Shown here one piece after another: positions 12,170-24,464 of a stretch of DNA of 64,000 nucleotides. Both the position numbers and the translations under genes were made by a program. Source of the stretch: Mobula birostris (taxonomy: Eukaryota); NCBI RefSeq assembly GCF_030028105.1, contig NC_092380.1:1582088-1646087 (forward strand), given 5' to 3'. Below the pieces are notes generated by a model, which did not search any database, was not told the origin of the DNA, and saw nothing but the letters and a program-made list of their open reading frames with translations. Position 1 is the first letter of the stretch; every line of letters begins with the position of its first letter.

Positions 12170-12360
12170 CTCTCCCCTCCCTCCTCCTTCCTCCCCTCCC
12201 TCCTCCTTCCTCCCCTCCCTCCTCCTTCCTCCCCTCCCTCCTCCTTCCTCCCCTCCCTCCTCCTTCCTCCCCTCCCTCCTCCTTCCTCCCCTCCCTCCTC
12301 CTTCCTCCCCTTCCTTCTCCTTCCTCCCCTTCCTTCTCCTTCCTCCCCTTCCTTCTCATC
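12170..12360. repeat. Pyrimidine-rich (CT) tandem repeat upstream of exon 2
   Basis: Repeated cctccttcctcccctccct units. Confidence 0.85.
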
Positions 12361-12578
12361 CTCCCCCTCTCCATCACCTCCTCTGTCATTCACTCCACTC
12401 TCTTCCCCTTTCCTTCCACTCTCCCTCACCCTCCCACTTGTTCCCTCCCTCCTCACCTTTTATCTCTTTCCCTCCATATCACTCACACCCTTTCATTCGC
12501 CCCACCTCTCCATCAACCTCCCAACCCCTCCATCTCACATTTCCACACCCTCTCTCTCCCACTCCTCTCCCCCTACAG

Positions 12579-12798
12579 ACGGTGTGCACCTACGACGGAG
12601 ACACAGAGGCATCCATGGACAGCATCTGCCTCCAGCCCACTCGACAAACCCAGCTGCTGAGGCGCCGGCCAGGGGCTGACCCGCGAGCCCCGCGTCTGCC
12701 CACCGCCCGCGATGTGTCCAACGCCCTGAGTCTACAGAACTACGATGGCTATCCCTACAACCAGTTCGCCATCTCCAGCTTCCGCAACGTGCTAGAAG
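12579..12798 (+). CDS. Tyrosinase-like protein exon 2
   Basis: Pyrimidine tract + tacag acceptor; TVCTYD...LRRRPG..PRLPT..DV..YDGYPYN..SFRNVLEG; donor GAAG|GT, phase 1. Confidence 0.92.
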
Positions 12799-12825
12799 GT
12801 GCAGAGAGCCATTACCCTGCACACG

Positions 12826-13370
12826 GTCTGACACAGAGTGAATGTCCCTCCACACCGTCCCATCACACACTCCCGGGGTCAGACACAGTGAGTCTCCCTC
12901 CACACCGTCCCATCACACACTCCCAGGGTCAGACACAGAGTGAGTCTCCCTCCACACCGTCCCATCACACACTCCCGGGGTCAGACACAGAGTGAATCTC
13001 CCTCCACACCGTCCAATCACACTCTCCCGGTGTCGGACACAGAGTGAATCTCCCTCCACACCGTCCCATCACACACTCCCGGGGTCAGACACAGAGTGAA
13101 ACTCCCTCCACACTGTCCCATCACACACTCCTGGGGTCAGACACACAGTGAAACTCCCTCTGCACCGTCCCATCACAAACTCCCGGGGTTAGACACAGAG
13201 TAAAATTCCCTCCACTCCATCCCATCACAAGGGTTTGACACAGAGTGAAGCTCCCTCCACACCGTCCTATCACACAATCCCGGGGTCAGACACAGAGTGA
13301 GTCTCCCTCCACATCGTCCCATCACACACTCCCGGGGTCAGACACAGTGAATCTCCCTCTGCACCTTCCC
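12826..13370. repeat. 52-bp minisatellite in intron 2
   Basis: About 10 copies of gacacagagtgaatctccctccacaccgtcccatcacacactcccggggtca. Confidence 0.95.
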
Positions 13371-13430
13371 ATAACACGCTTACAGGATCTTTGTATTGCC
13401 AACGACTCTCAGATCTCTCTCACCTTTCAG

Positions 13431-13572
13431 GATACCAGAAACCCAGCCGTTCTGGGTCCAGGGGTCGCACTTTGCACAACCTAGTTCACATCTATCTCAA
13501 CGGCACGATCTCCAAGGTGGCCGCGGCCTCAAACGACCCCATCTTCCTTCTCCACCATGCCTTCATTGACAA
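13431..13572 (+). CDS. Tyrosinase-like protein exon 3 (CuB site)
   Basis: tttcag acceptor; [34 protein letters not shown]; donor AA|GTAAGA, phase 2. Confidence 0.94.
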
Positions 13573-14147
13573 GTAAGATGCCATTGCATGTGCCAGTGAC
13601 CGCAGCAGTTGCTAGCGTTACCTTCCCTACCCAGTAGACTACTCACGGGATCCCGAGGAAGCGCGATGGAAAGGAGCGGTTCGGATAGAACTCAGAGGCA
13701 TGAGGAGGAGGGAGACAGGTGACTCACGAGGGGGGAGGTAGAGGAGGCGGGTAGATCACAGTAGGGACGTAAAGGGAGATCAGTGTTTCACGGGAGGGCC
13801 ATGGAGGAGCGGGTGGGTGGCGGGCGGACGAGGAGGAAGATGGGTGGATCACGGGGGCAACAAGGAGGCAGGAGAAGGGTGGATCACGGGGGAACGAGGA
13901 GGAGGGAGACAGGTGGATCATGGGGGGATGAGGAGGAGTGATGATGGTTGAGCATCGGGGGTGGACGAGGAGACAGAATGGTGAATCACGGGGGCAAAGA
14001 GGAGGAGGGAGACGAATGGATCACGAGGGTCGAGGAGGAGGGAAATGGGTGGATTGCTAGGAGGAGGAGTTGGGATACGGTGGATCTCAGGGATTGACAA
14101 GGAGACAAAAACCTTTCCTCCCTGATCGCTGTTTCCTCTGCCCCAAG

Positions 14148-14367
14148 GATCTGGGAAGATTGGCTACGGGCACACCCCGATCGCTTCCACATGTACCCGC
14201 TGCATAGCCTGGTGCCCGAGGGCCACCGATGGGATTCCTATATGGTCCCATACCTACCGCCCGTCCGGAACATCGACTACTACAAACCCTCTGTGCACCA
14301 CGGTTACACCTACGCCAATTCGGCCTACGAGGAGCAGGACGTGGCCGCCAAGCCGCCGGTTCTCTAA
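14148..14367 (+). CDS. Tyrosinase-like protein exon 4 (terminal; no transmembrane segment)
   Basis: Acceptor ctctgccccaag|G; IWEDWLRAH...GHRWDSYMVPYLPPVRN...GYTY...PPVL then TAA 14365-14367; spliced CDS 1509 nt = 502 aa. Confidence 0.88.
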
Positions 14368-15029
14368 TGAATCCACGTGACGGACACTGGGTGTCGGAGT
14401 TACACTGGCGGTGAACAAATGCGCGTGCGTCAGGATGCCAGGCCATGGGGGAGGGGTGTGTGGGGGGTCGGGGGTGTGGGGGAGTGTGGCGTAAAGCAGA
14501 GAAACACGCCCTTCCGCCTACCATCTTGTGTTCAACTAATCAAGCCGGTCATTAGGAACACTCAACTCAACACATCCCAAACAAACACACATAAAAGTTG
14601 CTGGTGACGCAGCAGCCCGAAACGTCGACTGTACCTCTTCCCAAAGATGCTGCCTGGCCTGCTGCATTCACCAGCAACTTTGATGTGTGTTGCTTGAAAT
14701 CCCAGCATCTGCAGATTTCCTCGTGCCAACCCATCCCATTCGCTTACACATTGTCTCGATCCCTCCACTGTATACACCCGTGTTTTGGACTAACAGCCTC
14801 TTTCAGATCGGCCTGCAGCACCCCTTCGGCAGCACATTCCACCCGCTGCTCTCCGTGTAGAAGAAAACTTGCCCCGCACATCTCTTTTGAACTTACCCCT
14901 CTCATCTGAAAGAGCAGCACTCTAGTGTTTGCACCCTGGGGAAAATGTCACCAGCTGTCTGCTCTGTCTATACACCCTCTAATTCACCTGGTGAACCTCT
15001 TTGGCATCTTCTCAATCCCGTCCCCTCCC

Positions 15030-15031
<2 letters not shown>

Positions 15032-15079
<48 letters not shown>
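15032..15079. repeat. (CA)n microsatellite
   Basis: Perfect AC run. Confidence 0.97.
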
Positions 15080-15082
<3 letters not shown>

Positions 15083-16019
15083 TTCTGTAGTGGACGACCA
15101 GAAATTAATGCAATACCCCCGGTGCAGCCCGACAAGTGTTTCAGATTTGCAACGTAACCGCTGCGCACCAGCGGAGGGAGGCAAACACGCTGTACAGCTT
15201 ATTTGCTACTTCTTACAAATGGTAAATCGTTTTATTACTGTCACACGTGACGAGATAGATAGAAATACTTTGTGTTGCATGCCATCCACACGGGTCAGAT
15301 CATTGCACGGAGCATTGAGGTACTACAAGGTTAAACAATACTGGAATGTAGAATGTAACTGTTCCACTTGCACTGCAGGTAACAATGAGGTCCACCTTAC
15401 CATACAAGAGCTCCATTCATTCATCTTATAACTGCAGGGTAGGAGCTGTCCTTCAGTTGGAGGGACGTGCTTTCGGGTATATTCTGCCTAACAGTGGTAG
15501 GGGAGAAAAGAGGGTGTCCGGGGTAGGTTTGAACTTTGATTAAGCTGGTGCTTTACCAAAGCATCAAGAAGTATAGGCAGTCCAAAAGGAGAGGCCGTTT
15601 CCTGTGACGCGCTGTGTGCACAACTCCCCACAACACCTCACATTCCCTACGATCAGCCTCCAACCTGACGGCAGGAACATCGCCGTCTCTTCCCCCTCCA
15701 CTTCTCTCCTTTCCTTCATTTCTCTTCTCACTCCTGCGCTACACCTCAGCTGTCAACCTCCTCCCTCTGGTCTCCCTCCTCCATAGAGGCTGCCTGATTT
15801 ACTGGGTTTCTCCAGCATTTTATGTATGTTTCTCAGGCTGTCTGACACCTGCAGAATCTCGTGTGTCTTTGAGGTTTCATGAATGACCGTGGGGGTGGAG
15901 TGGTGCTGTGGGCGGGCAATTCAACAAAATACAGACACCGCCACAAGGACCCACTTTAAATAGAGAAATATCACCAGCGAGACCCTGCAAATACCCACAC
16001 ACTCCACGGGATCCTCTAA

Positions 16020-16050
<31 letters not shown>

Positions 16051-16595
16051 CTTACACACACTTACACTCACACACACACTTACACTCACACACACACTTA
16101 CACTCACACACACAACACACACACACACAACACACTCACACACAAACACACACACATACAAACACAAACACAACACACACACACACAACACACTCACATT
16201 CGCACACACACACAACACACTCACATTCGCACACACACACTCACACACACAACATACTCACACTCACACAACACACACACTCACACACACACTCACAGAA
16301 CACACACACACATACACACACACTTACACTCACACACACAACGCATACACACACACACTCACATTCACACACACACAACACACACATTCGCACACTCACA
16401 CTCACACACACAACATACTCACACTCACATTCACACAACACACACACTCACACACACAACACACTCACACTCACACAACACACACACTCACACACAAAAC
16501 ACACTCACACTCACACAACACATACAAACACACACAGAACACACTCACACTCACACTCACACACAGCACTCACACACAAACAAACACACACACAC
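16020..16595. repeat. CA-rich compound microsatellite
   Basis: Degenerate (CA)n; H/T-rich ORFs are artefacts. Confidence 0.95.
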
Positions 16596-17099
16596 CACGG
16601 AGCCCTCCGTAAATATTGGCATTCTTTCCGCGACTCCTTGTAAATTCCGACACGCTGGAATACACCCCAAACACAGGACCCTGGTTAATAAAGACAGGTA
16701 CACGGTGACTTCCTCTAAATAAAGACACGCATGCGGTGACTCCCTTATCACTCTCACACGGATCCCGCCTCCAGATACAGACCGTCACACACCGCCCACC
16801 TCTAGATACAAACATGCAGACGGGGGGGCCTCCTGTAAGTAAAGACACAGAGGTGGGGACACCAGCTAGATAAAAACTTGCAAAGGAGACCCCTCTACAT
16901 ACTGACACAACGCAGGAGACCCCATGTAACCACTGACATATTTCCTGGAACACGCTGCAGATACTGACACACACCCTGGGACTGCCCGGTCACTCCTGTA
17001 AGATAATGATAGACTCCATGGTGACCTCTGTAAATACTAATATACCGCCCAGGTGCATGTTAGCACACATCAAATGCTCCATTTGTGCCACAATGTACA

Positions 17100-18640
17100 C
17101 CCACCAACATGCCGTTCTACATCGTCTTTCGTGCGGGTAGCCCTGACACACTTCGAAAAACAAGGGCACGTTGATCAGACTGCTGCTCCTGGAGTTCGGT
17201 TCGGCATTGAACACGATTGTCCTACAGACTCTGGTCAACAAAGTCCTACTCCCCGGTCTAAATGTACCACTTGGACTTCCTAACGCTTCAGATAGTCAGG
17301 ATGCACAACAGCTTCTCCCTCCCCATCATCCTCAACACGGGTGCCCCCCCCCCGCCCCCGGGGCTGTGTGCTGGGCCCATTGCCGTACACTTCGCTCACA
17401 CATGACCGAGCAGACTAATTCCCGAATAATCACATTGGCAAGTTCGCCGATGACACAATAGCGGCGAGGTTCATCACCAACAGCAATGAAACTGCCTGCC
17501 GAAAGGGGGTGGAAGAGTTGGAGGCCTAGAGCCAGGCGTCGGATGGTCCCTCACTCTCCCTCTGCGCGGTCGGGGATGGTGCCGGAGCCCTAGGACGTGG
17601 GCAATGTGTAATCGATGCACTTTGTGGATTGGGCTCTGTAGTTGACGTTATGATGTGTTTCTGGTTTTTGGGCCCTCCTGTTTCGTTGCTAACTTGGATG
17701 ATATTCGATCGGGGCGGCCTGCAGTTAACGAACACTGAGCTGAGCTGAATTATTCCTGGACTCTTTCGACTTTGTGTTTTTCGCTCGTTTTCTTTTGTTA
17801 CCGTTTGCACGATTCGTTTTTTTTTGCGCGTGGTGGTGGGGGATGTTTCTGTTTGAAAGGATTCATTGGTTTTCTTTGTTAAGTGACTGTCTGTGGGGAA
17901 GACGAATCTCAGGGTTGTCTACTGCGTGCATAATTTGGTAATAAATGCACTTTGAACTATAAAATAAATCTCTTCCTTGATGTCTGCAAGACAACGGAGA
18001 CGGTTATAGATTTCAGGAGAACTCGCATCACTCACACCGGCCTTTAGATCGGCGGCACAGTCGTGGAAACTACAAGCAGTTTGAAACCCCTGGGACTGCA
18101 CATCTCACAACCGCTCGTCGTCCCAGAGCACATCCTACACAGTCAGGACTGCTCACCAACGCCTCCAGTTTCCGAGGAGGCTGAGGAGAAACCGAAGAAT
18201 TCATCGTGGACTTCAGAAAGGGTAAGCCGAGGCAGTCCTCACCAAGGGATTAGAAGTAGAAAGGGTGAGCGGTTTCAAGTTTTGGCAATCAATATCTCTG
18301 AGGCTCTATCCTGGGCCCAGCATATCGATACCGTTACAAAGAAGGCACGACAGCGGCTGTATTTCATTTGGAGTTAAGGGGAGGGGGCACTGCACAGAAA
18401 TAAGCTGGAGAAAGTTGCGAACTCAATCAGCTCCCACATGGGCATTAGACTTCCAAGCATCCCGTACACCTTCAAGGAACGATGCCTCAAAAAGGCGGCG
18501 TCCGTCACTGAGGTCTCTGTCATCCAGGACATGCCCTGTTCTCACTGGTACCATCAGAGACAGGCAGATTTAGGAATAGCTTCTTCCCCTCTGCCATCAG
18601 ATTTCTGAATCGTCATCGAGCTCTTGAACACTACCTCACC
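17100..18640 (+). mobile_element. Fragmented Rex1/Babar-type LINE with internal insertions
   Basis: IRLLLLEFGSALNTI, KFADDT-like and LSWAQHIDTVTKKARQRLYF peptides. Confidence 0.6.
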
Positions 18641-19134
18641 CCACTTGGAAGTTTTCATGTTTTATTGTTTTACAACATTGAATCGCAGTGGATGTAATTT
18701 GGCTTCTTTGACGCTGATTAACAGAAACAGATTCATGTCAAAGTGAAAACAGATCTCCACAAATATATATCTCACTGTAATTTGCAGGTTTTATTATCAT
18801 GAATTGCAACAAATTTCATGACGTATGCCCCTGATATTTCACCTGAATCTGACTGAAAGCTGGACTATGCAGATCCATACTTACGTCATTCTACACATGC
18901 GCAGTAGACAGCTTCCCGACGAGCGGCATCGCCGGTCGGTACGGGAACGGTACTGTGACGGAGAGGAAGGCTCTACACTAGGTAGTTGAAACTGCCCAAC
19001 GCATCACCGGCACCGGCCTACGCACTGTTAAGAGCATATATACTGAAAGGTGCCGGAAAAGAGCCAGCAACATCATGAAGTATTCTATACACATGGCCCG
19101 TGGACTGTTTGTCCCACTCCCATCTGGGAAGAGG

Positions 19135-19770
19135 TTACATAGAAACATAGAAAACCTACAGCACAATACAGGCCCTTCGGCCCTCAAAGCTGTGCCGAAC
19201 ATGCCTCTACCTTAGAAATCACTAGGGTTACCTATAGCCCTCTATTTTTCGAAGCTCCATGTACCTATCCAAAAGTCTCTTAAAAGACGCTATTGTATTC
19301 GCCTCCAGCACCGTTGCCGGCAGCCCATTCCACGCACTCACCACTCTCTGAGTAAAAAACTTACCCCTGACATCTCCTCTGTACCTACTCCCAAGCACCT
19401 TAAACCTGTGCCCTCTGGTGGCAGCCATTTCAGCCCTGGGAAAAAGCCTCTGACTATCCACACGATCAATGCCTCTCATCATCTTATACACCTCTATCAG
19501 GTCACCTCTCATCTTCCAAGAGAAAAGACCGAGTTCACTCAACCTGTTTTCATAAGGCATGCTCTCCAATCCAGGCAACATCCGTGTAAATCTCCTCTGC
19601 ATCCTTTCTATGGTTTCCACATCCTTCCTGTAGTGAGGCGACCAGAACTAAGCACAGTACTCCAAGTGGGGTCTGCCCAGGGTCTTACTTAGCTGCAACA
19701 TTACTTCTCGGCTCCTAAACTTAATCGCACGATTGATGAATGCCAATGCACCGTATGCTTTCTTGATACA
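19135..19770 (-). mobile_element. CR1 LINE 3' end with (ttctatg)n tail
   Basis: ERMQRRFTRMLPGL..RGDLIEVYK..TRGH..FFTQRVVSAWNGLP. Confidence 0.9.
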
Positions 19771-20622
19771 GAGTTTTGTCTCACTCCCTTCGCTTAGCTC
19801 CATACTCCACTTTATAGTTCTATTACAGAAGGCTAAGTAAAAAACGTGAAAACCGGAAATAAGCTTGAACTGACCAGAGCCTATCGATCGATTAAGTTGG
19901 CGTGCTGTTGATATTCCTGGGTATTAGTATACAGTTCAAACTGAAGCTGGAATCCATCAATAGCTGCAATATTGTGTTCATTTATGTGCACCTAACCTTA
20001 GAAAATGTGAAAGACTTGAGCAAAACAGCAATAGCTGGAATGTTTCCACTTGCTCGCATGAAGTTAAACTGCTAAAGGACGACGCCTTTACATACAGTAA
20101 TAGAATATAATTACGAGAGAAAGCGTGCGGTTGGGAGGAGTTACGTTGCTATTGAAACATGTCAGGAGGCTCGTGATGGCGCAATGCTCCTGTTTATGGC
20201 CGTTTTCATGAAACCGGTTTACACTCAAATCTATATAGAGTTGTGCGTATAAACAGGTTTCATGAAAAATGCGGATATATATATATACTGATTTTCGAGG
20301 AAGATTTAGGTGAGTGGGAGATTATTGAACAAAATAAATAGATTTACACGCAGTTGCTATTCAGACTTTGTTGAACGGAAGCACGGAATTATTGGAGCCT
20401 AATCAATGCCATTGCGTCATTTGGAACATCCTGACACGCTTAGGCGATACGTACGGACCTACAATCATTGTTTTAAACAAGTGCAATTATCTTAAGAATT
20501 TTTATTTTAATATAAAATGTGTGCATCTATTATACTTCCTTCACGATGTCCATGCCATTTATACTCGACTGTTAGATGCTCTGTTTATTTCTCTTCCGTT
20601 TATTATTACACAAATGTTTTGT

Positions 20623-21985
20623 TAAGAAGATGCTGGAGTCAATTATAAAGGATGAAATAGCGGCATATTTGGATAGCAGTAGCAGGATAGGTCCGAGTCA
20701 GCATAGATTTACGAAGGGGAAATCATGCTTGACTAATCTTCTGGAATTTTTGGGGGACATTAGTATGAAATGGACAAGGGAAAGCCAGGTGTACCTGGGC
20801 TTTCAGAAAGCCTTTGATAAGCTCCCCCATAGGAGATTAGTGGGCAAAATTAGAGCACATGGTATTGGGGGCAGAGTACTGTCGTGATAGAAAATTGGTT
20901 GGCAGACAGGAAACAAAGAGTAGGGATTAACGGGTCCCTTTCAGAATGGCAGGCAGTGACTAGTGGGGTACCACAAGGCTCGGTGCTGGGACCGCAGCTA
21001 TTTACAATATACATTAATGATTTAGATGAAGGGATTAAAAGTAACATTAGCAAATTTGCAGGTGGCACAAAGCTGGGTGACAGTGTAAAATGTGAGGAGG
21101 ATGTTATGAGAATGCAGGGTGACTTGGACAGGTTGGGTGAGTGGGCAGATGCATGGCAGATGCAGTTTAACGTGGATAAATGTGAGGTTATCCACTTTGG
21201 TGGCAGGAACAGGAAGGCAGATTGCTATCGGAATGGTGTCAGGTTAGGAAAAGGGGAAGTACAATGAGATCTGGGTGTCGTTGGTCATCAGTCACTGAAA
21301 GTAAGCATGCAGGTACAGCAGGCAGTGAAGAAAGCTAATGGCATGCTGGCCTTCATAACAAGGGGAATTGAGTATAGGAGCAAAGAGGTCCTTCTGCATT
21401 TGTACAGGGCCCTGGTGAGACCACACCTGGAGAATTGTGTGCATTTTTGGTCTCCAAATTTGAGGAAGGGCATTCTTACTATGGAGGGAGTGCAGCGCAG
21501 ATTCACTGGGTTAATTCCAGGGATGGCGGGATTGTCATATGTTGAAAGATTGGAGAGACTGGGCTTGTATACACTGGAATTTAGAAGGGTGAGGGGGATC
21601 TGATTGAAATATATAAGATTATAAAGGGATTGGACTCGCTACAGGCAGGAAACATGTTCCCGATGTTGGGGGAGTCCTTAACCAGTGGCCACAGTTTAAG
21701 AATAAGGAGTAGGCCATTTAGAACGGAGTTCAGGAAAAACTTTTTCACACAGAGGGTTGTGGTTCTGTGGAATGCTCTGCCTCAGAAGGCAGTGGAGGCC
21801 AATTCTCTGGATTCTTTCAAGAAAGAGTTAGATAGAGCTTTTAAAGAAAGCGGAGTGAAGGGATATGGGGAGAAGGCAGGAAAAGGGTACTGATTGTGGA
21901 TGATCAGCCATGATCACAGTGAATGGGGGTGCTGGCTCGAAGGGCCGAATGGCCTACTCTTGCACCTATTGTCCTTTGTCTATTG
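20623..21985 (+). mobile_element. CR1 LINE, RT domain to 3' end, with frameshifts
   Basis: KGKSCLTNLLEF, FQKAFDK, SGVPQGSVLGP, LYRALVRPHLE; (tattgtc)n tail. Confidence 0.92.
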
Positions 21986-22570
21986 TGAGTGTGTGTATAT
22001 ATATGTGCGTCCGTGGATGTGAGTGTGTGCGTGTGTTTATGTGTGTGTGAGAGTACGTATGAGTGTGTGTGTGCGTATGTGTGAGAGTATGTATAAGTGT
22101 TTGTGTGAGAGAGAGAGTCTGTGTGTGTGAGAGAGACTATGTGTGAGTGTGTGTGCGCGCGTGTGTTTATGTATGTGTAAGAGTATGTATGTGTGTGTGC
22201 GTGTGCGCGCGTGCGTATATACGTGTGTGTGAGAATATATGAATGAGTGTGTGTGAGAGAGAGTGTGTGTATGTGCGTGCGTGTGAGAGAGTGTGTGTGA
22301 GTAGGTATGAGTGTGTGTGTGTGATTGAGAGAGAGTGTGCGTGCGTGCGTGTCCGTCGGTGAGAGAGAGAGAGTATGCGTGTGTGTGTGAGAGTATGTAT
22401 GAGTGTGTGTGTGTGAGAGAGAGAATATGTTTGTGAGTGTGCGTGTGTCTGTGAGAGTATGTATGAGTGCGTGTGTGTATGTGTGCGTGTTTTTGTGTGA
22501 GAGTCTGTGCGTGTGTGTGCATGTGGCTGTGTGTATGTTTCTCTATGTATTTGCCTATGTGCGAGTTTGT
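21986..22570. repeat. TG/GA-rich compound microsatellite
   Basis: Degenerate (TG)n. Confidence 0.93.
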
Positions 22571-23271
22571 GTCCACACTGGATATGTTCTGAGAACAGTT
22601 GGACATTCGGGCACATTTAAGAGAGTATGGCCCATGATGAAGGGCCTCGACCCGAAACGTAGGATGTTTACTCCTCTTTTAATGTGTTATCTGACCCGTA
22701 GTCTTCCAGTATTTGTGCATGTTTGTCAAGATTTCCAGCATGAGCAGTATATCCTGATTATATGCGAGTGTATGTGTGTCTACATGGCGTTACCTTTTAC
22801 ATGTCTGTGTGAATATCAAAGATTTAATATTCAAAGATTCAAAGTACGTTTATTATCAAAATATGCATGCAGTATACGACCCTGAGATTCGTCTTCCCAC
22901 TGGCAGCCAGGAAACAAAGAGAAGCCAGGGAACCCGTTCAAAGAAATAAAAACTTCTAACCCTTTCCCCCTTGCGCAATAAAAACCCCAAATCGCACAAG
23001 TAGCAACGAAAAAGAAAATCGAGAGAAACATGGGATAGAAAGCATGAAATCAAAAGGCGTATTTCAGTTCAGCTCAGAGTTCATTATCCGCAAGCGGGCT
23101 CGATTTAAAGTCATCTAAATTAGCAAGAAAAATAGGAGAGACTAGAAACCAGACCACAAAATAAACATAAATCATCTACACATTTTAATCGAATTAACAT
23201 CTGAATGAGACATTTAGCGTGAAGATTTCCACCGTTTGTACAACTGTCTGCTGGATGTGTCTTCGCCGTTC

Positions 23272-24464
23272 TCAATCGTCTAGCATTAAAACCTTCTTAA
23301 TTATTCTCTTGCTGTCCTCCGCGAGTTTCCGCACAGTGTCCCCTAAAAAACCATTGATTGTGCTGTAAGCTCGCTTGGCCGATATGCCCTGGCCTATCAG
23401 AGGTACAAATTCCAGAATGGTTCCCTGCACTATCTCCTCACCTGCCATCTGCAGGAGTTCCTGGGAGATTCTGCTGACGGTAATTTCTTGCGAAAAGGCG
23501 GACTGCAGCTCAGCCTTCAGATACTCGAACTCCTCCCCAACCATTGACGCCAATGTCACGAGAACACTGGGATCTAAACCAAAGGAGGAACGGTAAGAGG
23601 AAATGTTGTAAAGTAACAAGGGGATGTCACAAACAAAAGAAGCTCCTGGAATTGACATGACCCTAGATGAAGCCGCCGCAGCAGCAATTTTCCAAGTTTC
23701 AGCTAACAAGCCGTCTTTCTTCTTATCGATTAGTGATGTTAGTAATGATATTTGCTTGTCCAGAACATGCGAACGGATAGTCTTCTTCAAGGCAGGCAAT
23801 TCTTCTTTTAGCGTCCGCTGAAGTTCTTCGAAGTCAAACTTGTCTCGGTGCAAGCTGGAGATCAGAAATATTTGAGTAGGTTCCAACCCCTCCTTCTTCG
23901 AGCGCTCAACAAAAGTATTTCTGAGGTGTTCCAGAGCTTTCGTCTCATCGTACTGGCTTTCTTCTCGTTGTTTTTCAGACTCCAGGTAAGAATCTAATTT
24001 ATTACGCACGAAGTAACATTTCTTCTTCTTCTCCCGAATTTTCTTGGTCAGTTGCCATGCGGTTTCCTCAAACTCAGCACCACCGAGAACAATGAAGAAA
24101 TGATACTTGTCAAATGTTAGACTGTTGAGGTAGGCATCGGCGTCGGATTTCACTGTCTGTGTCCCAGGGACGTCCCAGATGCTGACTTTATCGTCGCTGG
24201 AGAACTGGTATTGCACTGGCTCCATCTGCGGTTCCTTACCAGCCGTTAATGCCGAATGTCCCTTGATGCCCGACGCGCCCAAAAGACTGACGAAAGATGA
24301 TTTCCCACCGCCGGATTCTCCAATCACAGCAATGTTCAGCGTCGTACTCTCCACATTTTCGAGAACTGCTTTCGCCCGTTGAACGACCGCAACCAATCCG
24401 CCCTTCATGAAGAGAGATTGCAATTCGCTTTCGATGGAAGCAGCAGCCATTCTAGGATTTCTAA
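23272..24464 (-). CDS. Immunity-related GTPase (IRG / interferon-inducible GTPase 5-like), main coding exon
   Basis: LNIAVIGESGGGKSS (G1), WDVPG (G3), YFVRNKLD (G4), FLISS (G5), C-terminal SIPG.SFVCD..YRSSFGLD typical of IRGs; acceptor ctttctccag| before 24464; no stops. Confidence 0.92.

Noticed and set aside
12826-13370. CRISPR-like regular repeat
   Set aside because: Head-to-tail 52-bp units with no unique spacers, inside a eukaryotic intron; a minisatellite
7161-14367. Calling the gene TYR, TYRP1 or DCT
   Set aside because: Exon structure and the HH motif argue against TYRP1/DCT; divergence and the missing TM exon argue against canonical TYR, so no symbol given
15877-16612. His/Thr- or Cys/Val-rich ORFs (also 22037-22616)
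   Set aside because: Translations of CA/TG microsatellites
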